The notes under the pieces are model-generated. The model had not been told where the DNA came from. It was given only the letters and a program-made list of their open reading frames with translations, and did not search any database. This document shows positions 20,516-31,462 of a stretch of 64,000 bases of DNA, one piece after another (the first letter of the stretch is position 1; each line of letters starts with the position of its first letter). Position numbers and translations under genes: made by a program. This stretch comes from a virus: the IMG/VR virus record IMGVR_UViG_3300042447_000691; one strand, written 5' to 3'.

Positions 20516-21280
20516 ATGAGAAAAATTATTAAACTCACAGAGGATGATTTAACAACAATTATTAAAAGAGTCTTAAAAGAAGGTCCTTTTGAAGAAATAG
20601 GGAGGTTAGGGTCTGAAGCCGCTAAGAAAATCGCTGACCAACTAACTAAAAGTGTACAACAAAAAAAAGACGGTCCAATTAATACCAGTAAATCAACATA
20701 CGATAAAAGTACTGACGTAATCAATAAAGACTTACCTGAGTTTACAATAACAGCAAAAAAACCACAAACAGTAAGTGGAGGATCATATATATTAGACATG
20801 AATAACCCCAACTCAAAAGATATTACAGTAATATGGGGAGGGATGCCAAGTTCACAATACGGAGCTAAATTTATGAAAAAAGAAGGTAAGGGACTTTTTA
20901 CTAATAAAAATGTTATATATAGTAATTACGAAAATTCTCTTAGCACATTAAAAGGTATCCTTAAAAATAATGGTGTTAAAGATTTTAGAATTAAATCTGT
21001 TAGTGGATTCTCAAGAGGAGGAATCAATGTGTGGGGAGAACTTAAAGGTGGATATGACTTTGTGGGGTTAATTGACCCATCAACACCAACACTATATAAA
21101 AGTTTACCTAACAACGCTAAAATGATATCTAGATGGGAAAATTGGGGTTGTTGTCCGTCGTATAGAGCTTATCTTAAACAAATGGAAAAAAGCGGATTAT
21201 CAAAAAGAATTGAAGCATCATATTATAACCATTTAGAAATGCCAAAAATATTTTTTCAAAAATATTCTAGTTCAATGTAA
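20516..21280 (+). CDS. Putative alpha/beta-hydrolase with an N-terminal LT/SE.DL..I.KRV leader motif
   Basis: GFSRGG nucleophile elbow (21005-21022), downstream D (LIDPS) and C-terminal H (NHLEMP); N-terminus resembles that of the 53628 ORF. Confidence 0.55.
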   Translation: MRKIIKLTEDDLTTIIKRVLKEGPFEEIGRLGSEAAKKIADQLTKSVQQKKDGPINTSKSTYDKSTDVINKDLPEFTITAKKPQTVSGGSYILDMNNPNSKDITVIWGGMPSSQYGAKFMKKEGKGLFTNKNVIYSNYENSLSTLKGILKNNGVKDFRIKSVSGFSRGGINVWGELKGGYDFVGLIDPSTPTLYKSLPNNAKMISRWENWGCCPSYRAYLKQMEKSGLSKRIEASYYNHLEMPKIFFQKYSSSM

Positions 21281-21319
21281 CTCTTTATTCAAAATTGACT
21301 TCCTCTATATTTATTTTAT

Positions 21320-21784
21320 ATGGCAGACGGAATTACTTATGGTATAAATTTTCCCTTTAGACAAAGTGAAAAAGGTTTTTATTTGTCTATTTCTGAAGAA
21401 TCTTCAGAAGAGATAAGAAGTAACCTATTACATTTAATATTAACAAAAAAAGGGACTAGATATTATTTACCTGATTTTGGTACAAGAATCTATGAATTTA
21501 TTTTTGAACCATTAGATGGTGAGACGTTCGATAGTATTAGATCCGACATTGAGCAACAGGTTGCAAAATACATACCTAACCTAACTATAAATAATATCAC
21601 CATTGAACCATATTTAGAAAGCGATGAGGCTCCCGGTGATTTAAATTATGAACTTTTAGGTCAGGCTAGTATATATAGAATACCCGGACAAAACACTGGT
21701 GAATACACCGCTAAACTTAAAATAGACTACACTGACGAAGCTAAGGCTTTTGGAAGTCGAGAGTTCGTTATAATTAATTTATAA
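21320..21784 (+). CDS. gp25/GpW-like baseplate wedge protein
   Basis: YGINFPF, IRSNLLHLILTKKGTRYYLPDFGTRIYEFIFEP. Confidence 0.9.
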   Translation: MADGITYGINFPFRQSEKGFYLSISEESSEEIRSNLLHLILTKKGTRYYLPDFGTRIYEFIFEPLDGETFDSIRSDIEQQVAKYIPNLTINNITIEPYLESDEAPGDLNYELLGQASIYRIPGQNTGEYTAKLKIDYTDEAKAFGSREFVIINL

Positions 21785-21785
21785 A

Positions 21786-23627
21786 ATGGCAAATAATAGG
21801 ATAAACTATACGGAGAGAGATTTTGAGGGGTTAAGACAAGACCTTATTAATTACACAAAACAGTATTATCCGGAACTGATACAGAATTTTAATGACGCAT
21901 CAGTTTATTCTGTATTAATGGATTTAAATGCGGCAATTGCTGACAACTTACATTTCCACATAGATAGGAGTATACAAGAAACTGTATTACAATATGCACA
22001 ACAAAGATCATCGATTTATAATATAGCAAGAACATATGGTTTAAAAATCCCCGGATATAGACCATCGGTTGCTCTTGTTGACGTGTCAATCACGGTACCA
22101 CCATTAGGGGATTCGGAAGATACAAGATATTTAGGAATTTTAAGGGCAGGAGCACAAATCAATGGGGGAGGTACGACGTTTGAAACCGTATATGATATTG
22201 ACTTCTCAACACAATACAACCAAGAAGGGTTTGTTAACAGAACTAAAATACCAACGTTTGATGCCAATAACAAAATCATAAATTATGTTATCACAAAAAG
22301 AGAAGTGGTTGTTAATGGATTTACTAAGGTGTTTAAAAAAGTTATTAACCCTGTAGATGCGGTTCCATTCTTTAACTTATTTTTACCTGAAAGGAATGTT
22401 TTAGGTGTTGCTACAGTAATACAAAAAGATGGAACATCATATCCTGGTACCCCCACGTTTCAAGATTTTTTAAATGCGACAGATAATAAGTGGTATGAGG
22501 TTGATGCCTTGGCTGAGGACACTATCTTCATTGAAGATCAAACAAAACCGGTGGATAATGCGGGTGTTAAGGTAGGTAGGTATTTAAAAACAGATCAAAG
22601 ATTTATAACTGAATACACACCTGAAGGGTTTATGAAGGTACAGTTTGGTGGAGGAACGACAACACCAAACGAACAATTAAAAAACTTTACTAACACTGGA
22701 GTTCCATTAGATATAAACAACTATCAAAATAACATTGGATTGGGGTTAACTGTTAGACCTAACACTACAATATTTATACAGTATCGAGTTGGTGGAGGTT
22801 TAGCGACAAATGTGGGGGTTGGTGTTATAAACCAAATTGGGTCTGTAGAATTGTCGGTTACAGGACCATCAGATTCAATAAATAGAAATGTTGTTCAGTC
22901 ACTCACTTGTAATAATGTTACTGCAGCAATTGGAGGAGCAAACCCACCATCTACCGAAGAAGTTAGAAATATGGTTTCATTTAATTTTTCGTCACAAAAA
23001 AGGGCGGTAACAATAAACGATTATAAATCTATTATTGATACAATGCCTGGTAGGTTTGGTGCACCAGCTAAAGTTTCTATAACAGAAAAGAATAATAAAA
23101 TTAACGTACAAATACTATCTTACGACACAATAGGTAAACTAACACAGGTTGTTTCAAACAACTTAAAAACAAATTTAGCAACCTACCTATCAAAATATAG
23201 AATGATAAACGACTACGTTGCTCTTGACGTTGCTAAGGTTGTGGATTTGGAGTTTGAGATATTTGTTGTTTTAGATTCCTCACAGAATCAAGGACAGACA
23301 GTTACGCAAATAATTGATCAAGTATCAAACTATATGAATCCAAAAAATCGAGAACTTGGTCAAAATGTGAACGTATCGGACGTTAGACGATTAATCCAAA
23401 ATAGTGCGGGGGTGATATCACTATCCGAACTTAAAGTTTATAACAAGGTTGGGGGACAATACTCATCGTCTCAAACGTCCCAAAGATTTATTGATACGGC
23501 AACCAAACAAATTGAATTAATAGACGACACAGTATTTGCTGAGCCGGATCAAATATACCAAATAAGATTCGACAATAAAGACATTAAAGTAAGGGTTAAA
23601 AACCTTAAATCGGTAGACTTCTCATAA
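21786..23627 (+). CDS. gp6 / baseplate J-like wedge protein
   Basis: INYTERDFEGLRQDL..Y, YRVGGG..TNV, RAVTINDY; follows gp25. Confidence 0.85.
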   Translation: MANNRINYTERDFEGLRQDLINYTKQYYPELIQNFNDASVYSVLMDLNAAIADNLHFHIDRSIQETVLQYAQQRSSIYNIARTYGLKIPGYRPSVALVDVSITVPPLGDSEDTRYLGILRAGAQINGGGTTFETVYDIDFSTQYNQEGFVNRTKIPTFDANNKIINYVITKREVVVNGFTKVFKKVINPVDAVPFFNLFLPERNVLGVATVIQKDGTSYPGTPTFQDFLNATDNKWYEVDALAEDTIFIEDQTKPVDNAGVKVGRYLKTDQRFITEYTPEGFMKVQFGGGTTTPNEQLKNFTNTGVPLDINNYQNNIGLGLTVRPNTTIFIQYRVGGGLATNVGVGVINQIGSVELSVTGPSDSINRNVVQSLTCNNVTAAIGGANPPSTEEVRNMVSFNFSSQKRAVTINDYKSIIDTMPGRFGAPAKVSITEKNNKINVQILSYDTIGKLTQVVSNNLKTNLATYLSKYRMINDYVALDVAKVVDLEFEIFVVLDSSQNQGQTVTQIIDQVSNYMNPKNRELGQNVNVSDVRRLIQNSAGVISLSELKVYNKVGGQYSSSQTSQRFIDTATKQIELIDDTVFAEPDQIYQIRFDNKDIKVRVKNLKSVDFS

Positions 23628-23699
23628 GAATGTTTATTTTGTTTTTATCTAACCTACCTTTAAAAATACATACATAACTATTTATTTTTAAAAGAAAAG

Positions 23700-26600
23700 A
23701 TGACCAAAAGCTATAGGTTAAGAACTGAAATTGGTACCGATAAAAATATCAGAATAAATATAAACCAAGACTTTGATTTTTTAGAGATACTTTCTTTAAA
23801 ATTAAGACAGGGTGATGTTTATACTCGATTTTGTGCAGACTACGGTGTAGTTGCCGGTAGAGTAATCGTTAATGGGGGTTACGGAGTACCAAACGCTAGC
23901 GTTTCTATTTTTATACCATTAGATCAGATTGACGAAACCGATCCCGTTATTTCCTCATTATATCCATATAAAAAACCCGCAGATAAAAACGAGGACGGGT
24001 ATAGGTATAATTTATTACCATACAAACAAACATTCGGAGGACACACACCGACAGGGACATTTCCCGAAAAAGACGATGTATTAACTAGGTCTGAGGTTTT
24101 GGAGGTGTATGAAAAATACTATAAGTACACAACAAAGACTAACGATAGTGGTGATTTTATGATTATTGGTGTACCTTTAGGTGTACAAACAATAGTTATG
24201 GATCTCGATTTATCCGATATGGGGTGTTTTTCGTTAAGACCAAAAGACTTAATACGGGTGGGTCTTGGTGCTGAAGAACAATTTAACGGTGAAAAATTTA
24301 AATCATCTGAGGATTTATCTTCACTACCACAAATTGTGAATTTTGTAAGAAACATAGACGTAACACCATTTTGGGGTGAAGAAGATTTATGTAATATTGG
24401 AATAACAAGAACTGACTTTGACCTTAGAGATTTAGGTGTTGAAGTTAAACCACAAGCAATTTTTATGGGATCTTTGTTTTCAACATCTAACGAAGATTTT
24501 TTAAGAAGTAATTGTAAACCAAAAAAAGATGTTGGTAACCTTTGTAATTTAGAAACAGGACCAGGTAAAATATTATCAATAAGACAGACAATAGATTATG
24601 ATAGTAGTGGACAACCAATATTAGAACAACACAGTTTACCTAATGGTGGTAAAATTATAGATGAAGACGGTACATGGTTAGTGGAAGTGCCGATGAACCT
24701 TGATTACGTAACCACTAACGAGTTTGGTGAACAAGTAATATCTAACGACCCATCTGTCGGAATACCAACAAAAGGTAAATACAGATTTAGAGTACAGTAC
24801 CAAAACGAAGATCCGGAAAATACAACTGTAGAAAGAGGTGATTATTTGGTACCAAACATTAGAGAGTATGGTTGGACTAACACCGGTAAATATGAAGATG
24901 TTGATACATCATTACAACTAAAATCTTATGCGTTTAGTTTAGATTGGAACGACTATGCTGATCCACAAGCAGCGATTAATTGTGAAGATTACTTTTATGA
25001 GTTTAATTTTAATAAAGTTTATACTGTAGCAAATTTTATCGATAGATTTAAGTGGGGATATAATAGATCAAGACATTTAGGGATAAAAGAGATTGATAGT
25101 AAAGATTGTAATCAGATAAATAAATTACCAGTTAATGACGGGGTAAGAAATTTTGATTCTATATTTTTCTTAATGATGTTTTTAATAACCATCGTTTCTT
25201 TATTAGTGCCGACTATTTTAACTATATTACACGTATTAGCCCTTTTATATCCAATATTTAGAGTGATTATTAATTTATTTATATGGTTAATTAATACGTT
25301 TATTTATTCAATATGTATTGTGGTTGCAATACTATCCCCTCGATTAAGGAAAGATGACTGTAAAAAACAAAACATTAAACCATTATCAAAAACAAACCCA
25401 TTTAAAAGAATCTCATTACCAATGATGTCTTATCCTGATTGTGAGTCTTGCCCATGTACCGAACAAGATCTTGATACGTCTAGTGATACTGAAAATGATA
25501 TTTACACAATAACTGTTGGTAATTACAGTATTTTGTCGAATTTAACTAGTGTTGACACTTACTCAAAATTAAATACAAGTATAGATCCTGATAATGAAAA
25601 TTTAAACATAGCATTTAGACAGTTCCTTTCTGGATATCAACCACAGGGAGACGCATTCGACCGATTAAATAAAGTACCTTTCGCTTCTCACGATTTTACA
25701 CCAGGTTGGGGTAAAGCACCTTACGATGTGTCGTTAGCTCAATCGATAAACATGGCAAACATGAGAGAGAGATATTTTCAGGGTGAAAACATAATTCAAA
25801 CCACAGTATATAACACACCACCTAATAGTAATGTACCACAACCCTCAACACCATTTACTGATAATGTATTGGTTTTATTATGTGATTCTCAAACAATATC
25901 AAACATAAATCCGGGACAATTATTAACATTTAATAGTCTTGATAATATAAACGACCCAAATACAACCGGATTAACTAGTGGAAATCAATTTAATACAACT
26001 GCGATTACAGGATCCACACCATATAATGCTAATAACTTGGTGAATAAACCCGTTACTTATATTAAACAAGATGGGACGGTGGACACCGTCAACTTAAAAC
26101 TATTAATCACATCTGACGGTAAAGAATATAATTTTAAATCAGGAACAGAGTACTTTCAACTAATAACTGGTGGAACCGTATCACAAATGTCTGGGTTAAC
26201 CGTGTCTTCAAATAGTGGACTACTTAGAAAGTATATTTTTAATAAAACTCAAAGATTAGAAGACTGGCCAACATTTGGAACTCAACAAACTTCTTATTTA
26301 TTTGTAAAAGACCAAGTAGACGGTTTTAATGATTTGGAGGTTCTGATACTAGTCAAAGGTGTTGATCCCTATACCGATAAACAAAACATAAGATATGATT
26401 TATCAAAATTATTTGGTTATAGTAATTTTGGTTTAGGACCGGTAATTGAAGGTCAATACTACTTAAATATTCCAATCCAACCAAATACGGTAACAACACC
26501 GGTCGGAGCACCTTCATGGTGGAATGATTTTAAAACTCCCGAATCGCACTTAGTTACTAACAATAGTAACGTGGCACTATACCACCAACCGTTTGGTTTT

Positions 26601-28874
26601 AATGTTGACCCTATTCAGTTTTCAAGTTTCACTAATAACTCACCATATTACTATAACTCAACAGATAAATCAACGTTAACACAAAAAGCGTTCTCAAATG
26701 ACCTTCACGATTTATCATATTACACACAAGGGTCTATTTATTCGCAAGTATTTCAGTTATCGAACTTAGCAGCAACGAATTATATGGGATTTCAATGGGG
26801 TCAGGGAGTATCAACTCTTGACCAATATGTTTGGTATACTAACGGTGAGTCTTACAACAACTTACAAGATGCTATTGATCAAACAAATGGTACGTCTGGT
26901 GTTCCATTAACGTTATATAGACCTAACCCATCTTTACCTGAAGGAGCAAAATTCTATACTGATCCAGCATTTTTAAATGTGTTTACTGTTGGTAATGATT
27001 TAATTAGAGTACAACTGATAGGGTCCACAACCGTTTATGTTGTTTCAATTTTCTTTACGGGTCAAATAATAGGTAACCCATATAACATTAATAGTGGTAT
27101 TAGTGCTCAATTACAAAACATAGACCAAGGCAGTATAGAAGGGGGTACGTTAATAGGTGTTAAATCGTATCAACAACCAGGAGTGTTTGACTCAAGGGTT
27201 TATTCATTTGCATACCACACAAACAACACTAACCCGAATATAACTATTACTAATAATAATAGATTGGTGTTTAGGTCTGATAGGTTACCTACATCAGATG
27301 TTACGGAAGTTTCGGGTAATACATCATATTCGTTACATTTTAATAATAATTTTGAAATGTATTTGGTTGATGATAGTGGTTCCGCAACCGCAATACCATC
27401 AAATGATTTTGAAGGAACCGATAACACGTTTAACGCTCAAGATTTAACGGGAGATACTAGTAATGCGTATACAGATGCAATACTAAATACATTAACCTGT
27501 GAAGGTATGGTACCCATCACTTGTTACTCAGGTAGTGGTAATAATTTTGGAGTTGAAACACCATGTACAGACCCACTTGATACCATTTCCTTACAAAACA
27601 CTGGTAGTCGTGTTGTTGGTGGTTGTTACTTTTTTGTTGATAAACCACTAATAGTTTCTATACCTAACGATATAAGGTACTTTAGAGAATGGAGATCTAG
27701 ATTTAGAGTAACATATGCTGCATGTCGAGGTATCTTTTCACAGGTATTCCAAAATAATTGGTTGAACGGATCACTTTACATGTTTTCGTTTAAAAAACAA
27801 ACCATCTATAATGTTGTTGGTGAACCAAAAAAATATAAATTCTGTGGAACGGTCGATAGTCTTTATAGGGAAGGCCAAGGGACTATGTTCTACGCTGAAG
27901 GGACATCCAACGGCATATTTTACAGGTCGACGCCGTACAATGGTAGTTCTTCGACGTTTGTTGGTCAGATACCTCAAAATAAACCTTTTATATTTGGGCC
28001 GGCACAAGAGGTACCATTCTCCGCAAAAAACGAAAGGAATTTATTTTTCCCCACAACAATTATGGATTTAGGGCCAAGAGATCTTTACACGAAAGAAATT
28101 TGTGCTAATCCAAGTTTTGAAGGATATCTTATGAACGGATTACAAAGTACATCATATAACGATCAAGGAGATGTCTTACAATTGGCGATTATATCAAGAT
28201 TCGTGAATAAAAACTTTTGGTTACAGGCGGTCGGTTTAGGCGATAAATCGGTAAATAGATTCTTCTCAAGAAGCGGCGATAGAATAGATGGGGACATTGC
28301 TCAAATGTTTAGTATAAATTCAGAATTTGGTGTTATACCTTTTGGTGATGAAGAATATGACGACACGGATTTATATGTTCAAGGTGGAGGATTAAATAGT
28401 TTGGTTGGTATCTTTTTCTCGTCCGACACTGTTAGTAGAAACATACTAACACCCGGAGTTCAAACATTTTCTTTAACACCACCATTATTAAATTATTTCG
28501 GTTATTCAAAAACACAAGAAGTACCGATGTATAAATGGAGATCGGATAGTGTAACTACCGGACAACAAACAATCTTTGGTACGGATAATAATGAGTGGGA
28601 TACTGACGTGACTAACAATAAATTCTACTCACAAAAATACCAATCAATGAGTTTTCAATACGCACCAACAACGGATTACTTTAATGTGACACCAACAGGA
28701 CAAAAGGGGTATATTTTTAATTCCGATAACAACGGTAATAACGACCCTAACTGGACTGGTACTATTAATACCCCACAATCTTTTGTGGTTGGAGCACCAT
28801 TCCATTTTTACTTTGGTTTAAATAAAGGTAAAACTGCACTTAATAAATTTATAACAAACTATATAGGTAATTAA
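23700..28874 (+). CDS. Giant baseplate-region protein (1724 aa) with a long internal hydrophobic (transmembrane-like) segment
   Basis: N-terminal GRVIVNGGYGVPNASVSIF / TTKTNDSGDFMIIGVPLG (carboxypeptidase-regulatory-like beta sandwich); about 59 hydrophobic residues at 25158-25335. Confidence 0.6.
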   Translation: MTKSYRLRTEIGTDKNIRININQDFDFLEILSLKLRQGDVYTRFCADYGVVAGRVIVNGGYGVPNASVSIFIPLDQIDETDPVISSLYPYKKPADKNEDGYRYNLLPYKQTFGGHTPTGTFPEKDDVLTRSEVLEVYEKYYKYTTKTNDSGDFMIIGVPLGVQTIVMDLDLSDMGCFSLRPKDLIRVGLGAEEQFNGEKFKSSEDLSSLPQIVNFVRNIDVTPFWGEEDLCNIGITRTDFDLRDLGVEVKPQAIFMGSLFSTSNEDFLRSNCKPKKDVGNLCNLETGPGKILSIRQTIDYDSSGQPILEQHSLPNGGKIIDEDGTWLVEVPMNLDYVTTNEFGEQVISNDPSVGIPTKGKYRFRVQYQNEDPENTTVERGDYLVPNIREYGWTNTGKYEDVDTSLQLKSYAFSLDWNDYADPQAAINCEDYFYEFNFNKVYTVANFIDRFKWGYNRSRHLGIKEIDSKDCNQINKLPVNDGVRNFDSIFFLMMFLITIVSLLVPTILTILHVLALLYPIFRVIINLFIWLINTFIYSICIVVAILSPRLRKDDCKKQNIKPLSKTNPFKRISLPMMSYPDCESCPCTEQDLDTSSDTENDIYTITVGNYSILSNLTSVDTYSKLNTSIDPDNENLNIAFRQFLSGYQPQGDAFDRLNKVPFASHDFTPGWGKAPYDVSLAQSINMANMRERYFQGENIIQTTVYNTPPNSNVPQPSTPFTDNVLVLLCDSQTISNINPGQLLTFNSLDNINDPNTTGLTSGNQFNTTAITGSTPYNANNLVNKPVTYIKQDGTVDTVNLKLLITSDGKEYNFKSGTEYFQLITGGTVSQMSGLTVSSNSGLLRKYIFNKTQRLEDWPTFGTQQTSYLFVKDQVDGFNDLEVLILVKGVDPYTDKQNIRYDLSKLFGYSNFGLGPVIEGQYYLNIPIQPNTVTTPVGAPSWWNDFKTPESHLVTNNSNVALYHQPFGFNVDPIQFSSFTNNSPYYYNSTDKSTLTQKAFSNDLHDLSYYTQGSIYSQVFQLSNLAATNYMGFQWGQGVSTLDQYVWYTNGESYNNLQDAIDQTNGTSGVPLTLYRPNPSLPEGAKFYTDPAFLNVFTVGNDLIRVQLIGSTTVYVVSIFFTGQIIGNPYNINSGISAQLQNIDQGSIEGGTLIGVKSYQQPGVFDSRVYSFAYHTNNTNPNITITNNNRLVFRSDRLPTSDVTEVSGNTSYSLHFNNNFEMYLVDDSGSATAIPSNDFEGTDNTFNAQDLTGDTSNAYTDAILNTLTCEGMVPITCYSGSGNNFGVETPCTDPLDTISLQNTGSRVVGGCYFFVDKPLIVSIPNDIRYFREWRSRFRVTYAACRGIFSQVFQNNWLNGSLYMFSFKKQTIYNVVGEPKKYKFCGTVDSLYREGQGTMFYAEGTSNGIFYRSTPYNGSSSTFVGQIPQNKPFIFGPAQEVPFSAKNERNLFFPTTIMDLGPRDLYTKEICANPSFEGYLMNGLQSTSYNDQGDVLQLAIISRFVNKNFWLQAVGLGDKSVNRFFSRSGDRIDGDIAQMFSINSEFGVIPFGDEEYDDTDLYVQGGGLNSLVGIFFSSDTVSRNILTPGVQTFSLTPPLLNYFGYSKTQEVPMYKWRSDSVTTGQQTIFGTDNNEWDTDVTNNKFYSQKYQSMSFQYAPTTDYFNVTPTGQKGYIFNSDNNGNNDPNWTGTINTPQSFVVGAPFHFYFGLNKGKTALNKFITNYIGN

Positions 28875-28875
28875 A

Positions 28876-30618
28876 ATGTCTAGAGACGATGAAAAAAGAA
28901 TAGTTTTAGGATCTAAAAGATATGCGTCTAGTACGGATAAACCGGTATGGATCCAATTACCACTTGCCGGTGAAAGAAGAACTATGGTTGAGGGGGAACG
29001 AAATGTTTTTATTAACCAAGCAACTCAGTTTAATGATGAAAGACAAAGTAGTGGTAAATTTAGATTATCAGGGAAACTTGTTAATTTATTTCAAAATCAG
29101 TTAAGTGGTTCTACACAATACGCACCATATAAAAATTTCCTATATTATACTAACGGTATTAGTAATGCGATTTCTAATGTGTCAAACCCTAATGCCCCTT
29201 GGGAAGGGTATCCACAATTTTATGAGTTTACGTTTTTTAGAGAACAAGGAATACCTGGTCACGTACCGTTTGTTGCTAAAAGTGCATCTTCATATAATTG
29301 GATGGTTTATGTTTCCTATCCGTTTAGTAGTGATACCACACAAAAAATGTCGTGGACAAGTGAAAAGTTTAATATAACTAATGCAAACTTTTCGGTATCC
29401 GACGGGATCCCTTTTGTTATGGAATCAGGGACACTCAATGGAAAACAATTAATTTATTTTTATTGCGGAACCAATCATAATTTAAATATCGGTGACTTTT
29501 TAGAGATAAAGTTACCACAACAACCTTTAGGTATTGACGGTAAAAAAGTATTTCAAGTCTTTTCGATTGGTGACGGTAGTTATGGATCTGAAAGATATGT
29601 ATTCACAATATTCAATCAAAAGTTTAACTCAAACCAAATACAAACCGGTACTTACGGTAATTTTAAAAGAATTTTAACTAATACGAATAGTGCCGAAACC
29701 AAATCAAGATACTACATAAGATTACATAAGACATTAACTGAGACTAAAGATTTGGATATATTTAAATCTGGATTCGATAGGAATGCGTTCAGAACACAAT
29801 CTAAAATTGAATATTCGGCAATTACACCAAACAACGTTCAAAGAGTGTCTTTTAAAGACGACAATCAAAACTATTCCTTTTCTTTTTCCAAAGATGTGGT
29901 GATTGATGGTTTATTAGATAACAATGGAAAACCATTGACAAGTTTATATTTAACTGCAGTCCAAAGAGGGTATATGGGATACTTCAACCCACCAACACTA
30001 ACCGCAGATGGTACGCCGACAGCGATAGATATTGGATGGGAATTTAACTTTTTAAAGAATAGTGTTGATACTTGGTGGGATCATTCGGGCACCGTAAATA
30101 AAGACAACATACCACTTACCAGTTATAACTACAATTCGTTAAATTTTTATTATAACGAATTATTACCTTTAGGATCTACATTGAAGGGTGATTTTTGTGA
30201 GTATAACGATTTTGAACAACAAGAATATGTTTTATCACCCATAACACACAAATACTCTTTTAACCCATCTTTATTGTGGGACAGTTCACCTGTAACATAT
30301 CCAAGTGGATATTTTTATAAACCTCACCATGAAATCACAATAAGAGTTTTTAGTGGGGATATTGAAACGGGTAAAAAAGGTGAAGTGGATAACGTACCAA
30401 GTTACTCTTGGTTTTCAGAAATAGAACAAACATTCTTTTGGCGTGATATATATACATATGGGTTTATTGATGGTGACGGTAGGGGGGTAAACTACCCGTT
30501 TTTGAATGGGGCTCATTACCCGTTTTCAAACATACTATTTAACCAATACCCACAAAAACGAGATATGTTTGTTCAAACAAACCAAATAAACACAATACAA
30601 ACTGACGATTGTGAGTAA
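28876..30618 (+). CDS. Putative structural (baseplate region) protein
   Basis: 580-aa ORF tightly coupled within the structural operon. Confidence 0.55.
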   Translation: MSRDDEKRIVLGSKRYASSTDKPVWIQLPLAGERRTMVEGERNVFINQATQFNDERQSSGKFRLSGKLVNLFQNQLSGSTQYAPYKNFLYYTNGISNAISNVSNPNAPWEGYPQFYEFTFFREQGIPGHVPFVAKSASSYNWMVYVSYPFSSDTTQKMSWTSEKFNITNANFSVSDGIPFVMESGTLNGKQLIYFYCGTNHNLNIGDFLEIKLPQQPLGIDGKKVFQVFSIGDGSYGSERYVFTIFNQKFNSNQIQTGTYGNFKRILTNTNSAETKSRYYIRLHKTLTETKDLDIFKSGFDRNAFRTQSKIEYSAITPNNVQRVSFKDDNQNYSFSFSKDVVIDGLLDNNGKPLTSLYLTAVQRGYMGYFNPPTLTADGTPTAIDIGWEFNFLKNSVDTWWDHSGTVNKDNIPLTSYNYNSLNFYYNELLPLGSTLKGDFCEYNDFEQQEYVLSPITHKYSFNPSLLWDSSPVTYPSGYFYKPHHEITIRVFSGDIETGKKGEVDNVPSYSWFSEIEQTFFWRDIYTYGFIDGDGRGVNYPFLNGAHYPFSNILFNQYPQKRDMFVQTNQINTIQTDDCE

Positions 30619-31462
30619 TTATAGATTTTCATTTAACGCGGACGATAAAAGTATTAATATACCAATCCAAATCAATTTTGATATGGAGGGTAGAGATGAT
30701 GCTATCGACATCTTACAAAATCAGATCAAAGAAGAGGTGTTAAACCCGATTAGTGATTTTGAACTAACAAGATTTAGTCATGCCACTTGGGATGTAGATA
30801 CCACAAAAACAGAAATAAATTATAAATTTAATTTTTACAACTCACAAGGACAAACCGATTTTTTAAATAACCCACCAAACATAAACCAATGGTTGGATGA
30901 TTACCAAAATGCTGGATTCTTAGATGAAGAAATATATTATTTTGCAAATTCATTTAAGAAAAGTTTTTTTAAGTTGGATTTTTATGATAGGAACACGACC
31001 GAAAATCAAAAAATATTGTTTTCTGTTGTTTTACCAACACAACAAGGGTTAAAAGAACCGGGAATATTATTTGCAAACCCTAACTTACAAGTGTTAGTTA
31101 AAAAACCATTAATGGTTTTAGATTCTATTGGTGCAGATAAAGAGGGGTTCTTTCTTTATTGGTTAAAAAACCAAACGTATTTATCACAAACCGAAATGTA
31201 TATGAGTTGTAAATTTTACAACGCAAAAAAAGGACAGTTTGTTAGAATGATGAATACACCACAAAGTAATTTTGTTGGTCCAAATGTGTACGATTTTAAT
31301 AAAAGTCAATATTTTTACTATAAAGTCTTTATAGATTACACTAATTACGAATATAGTGTTTATAGGGAAGTCCCTTCAGGTCAATCAAACTTTATTTATG
31401 TTAGAGTTGGTGAAGGACAAACAACACCAATAAACTGGTATGAATATGTTAACCCACTATGA
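30611..31462 (+). CDS. Putative structural protein (GTG start)
   Basis: Overlaps the upstream stop; aromatic/beta-rich composition. Confidence 0.55.
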   Translation: MSNYRFSFNADDKSINIPIQINFDMEGRDDAIDILQNQIKEEVLNPISDFELTRFSHATWDVDTTKTEINYKFNFYNSQGQTDFLNNPPNINQWLDDYQNAGFLDEEIYYFANSFKKSFFKLDFYDRNTTENQKILFSVVLPTQQGLKEPGILFANPNLQVLVKKPLMVLDSIGADKEGFFLYWLKNQTYLSQTEMYMSCKFYNAKKGQFVRMMNTPQSNFVGPNVYDFNKSQYFYYKVFIDYTNYEYSVYREVPSGQSNFIYVRVGEGQTTPINWYEYVNPL

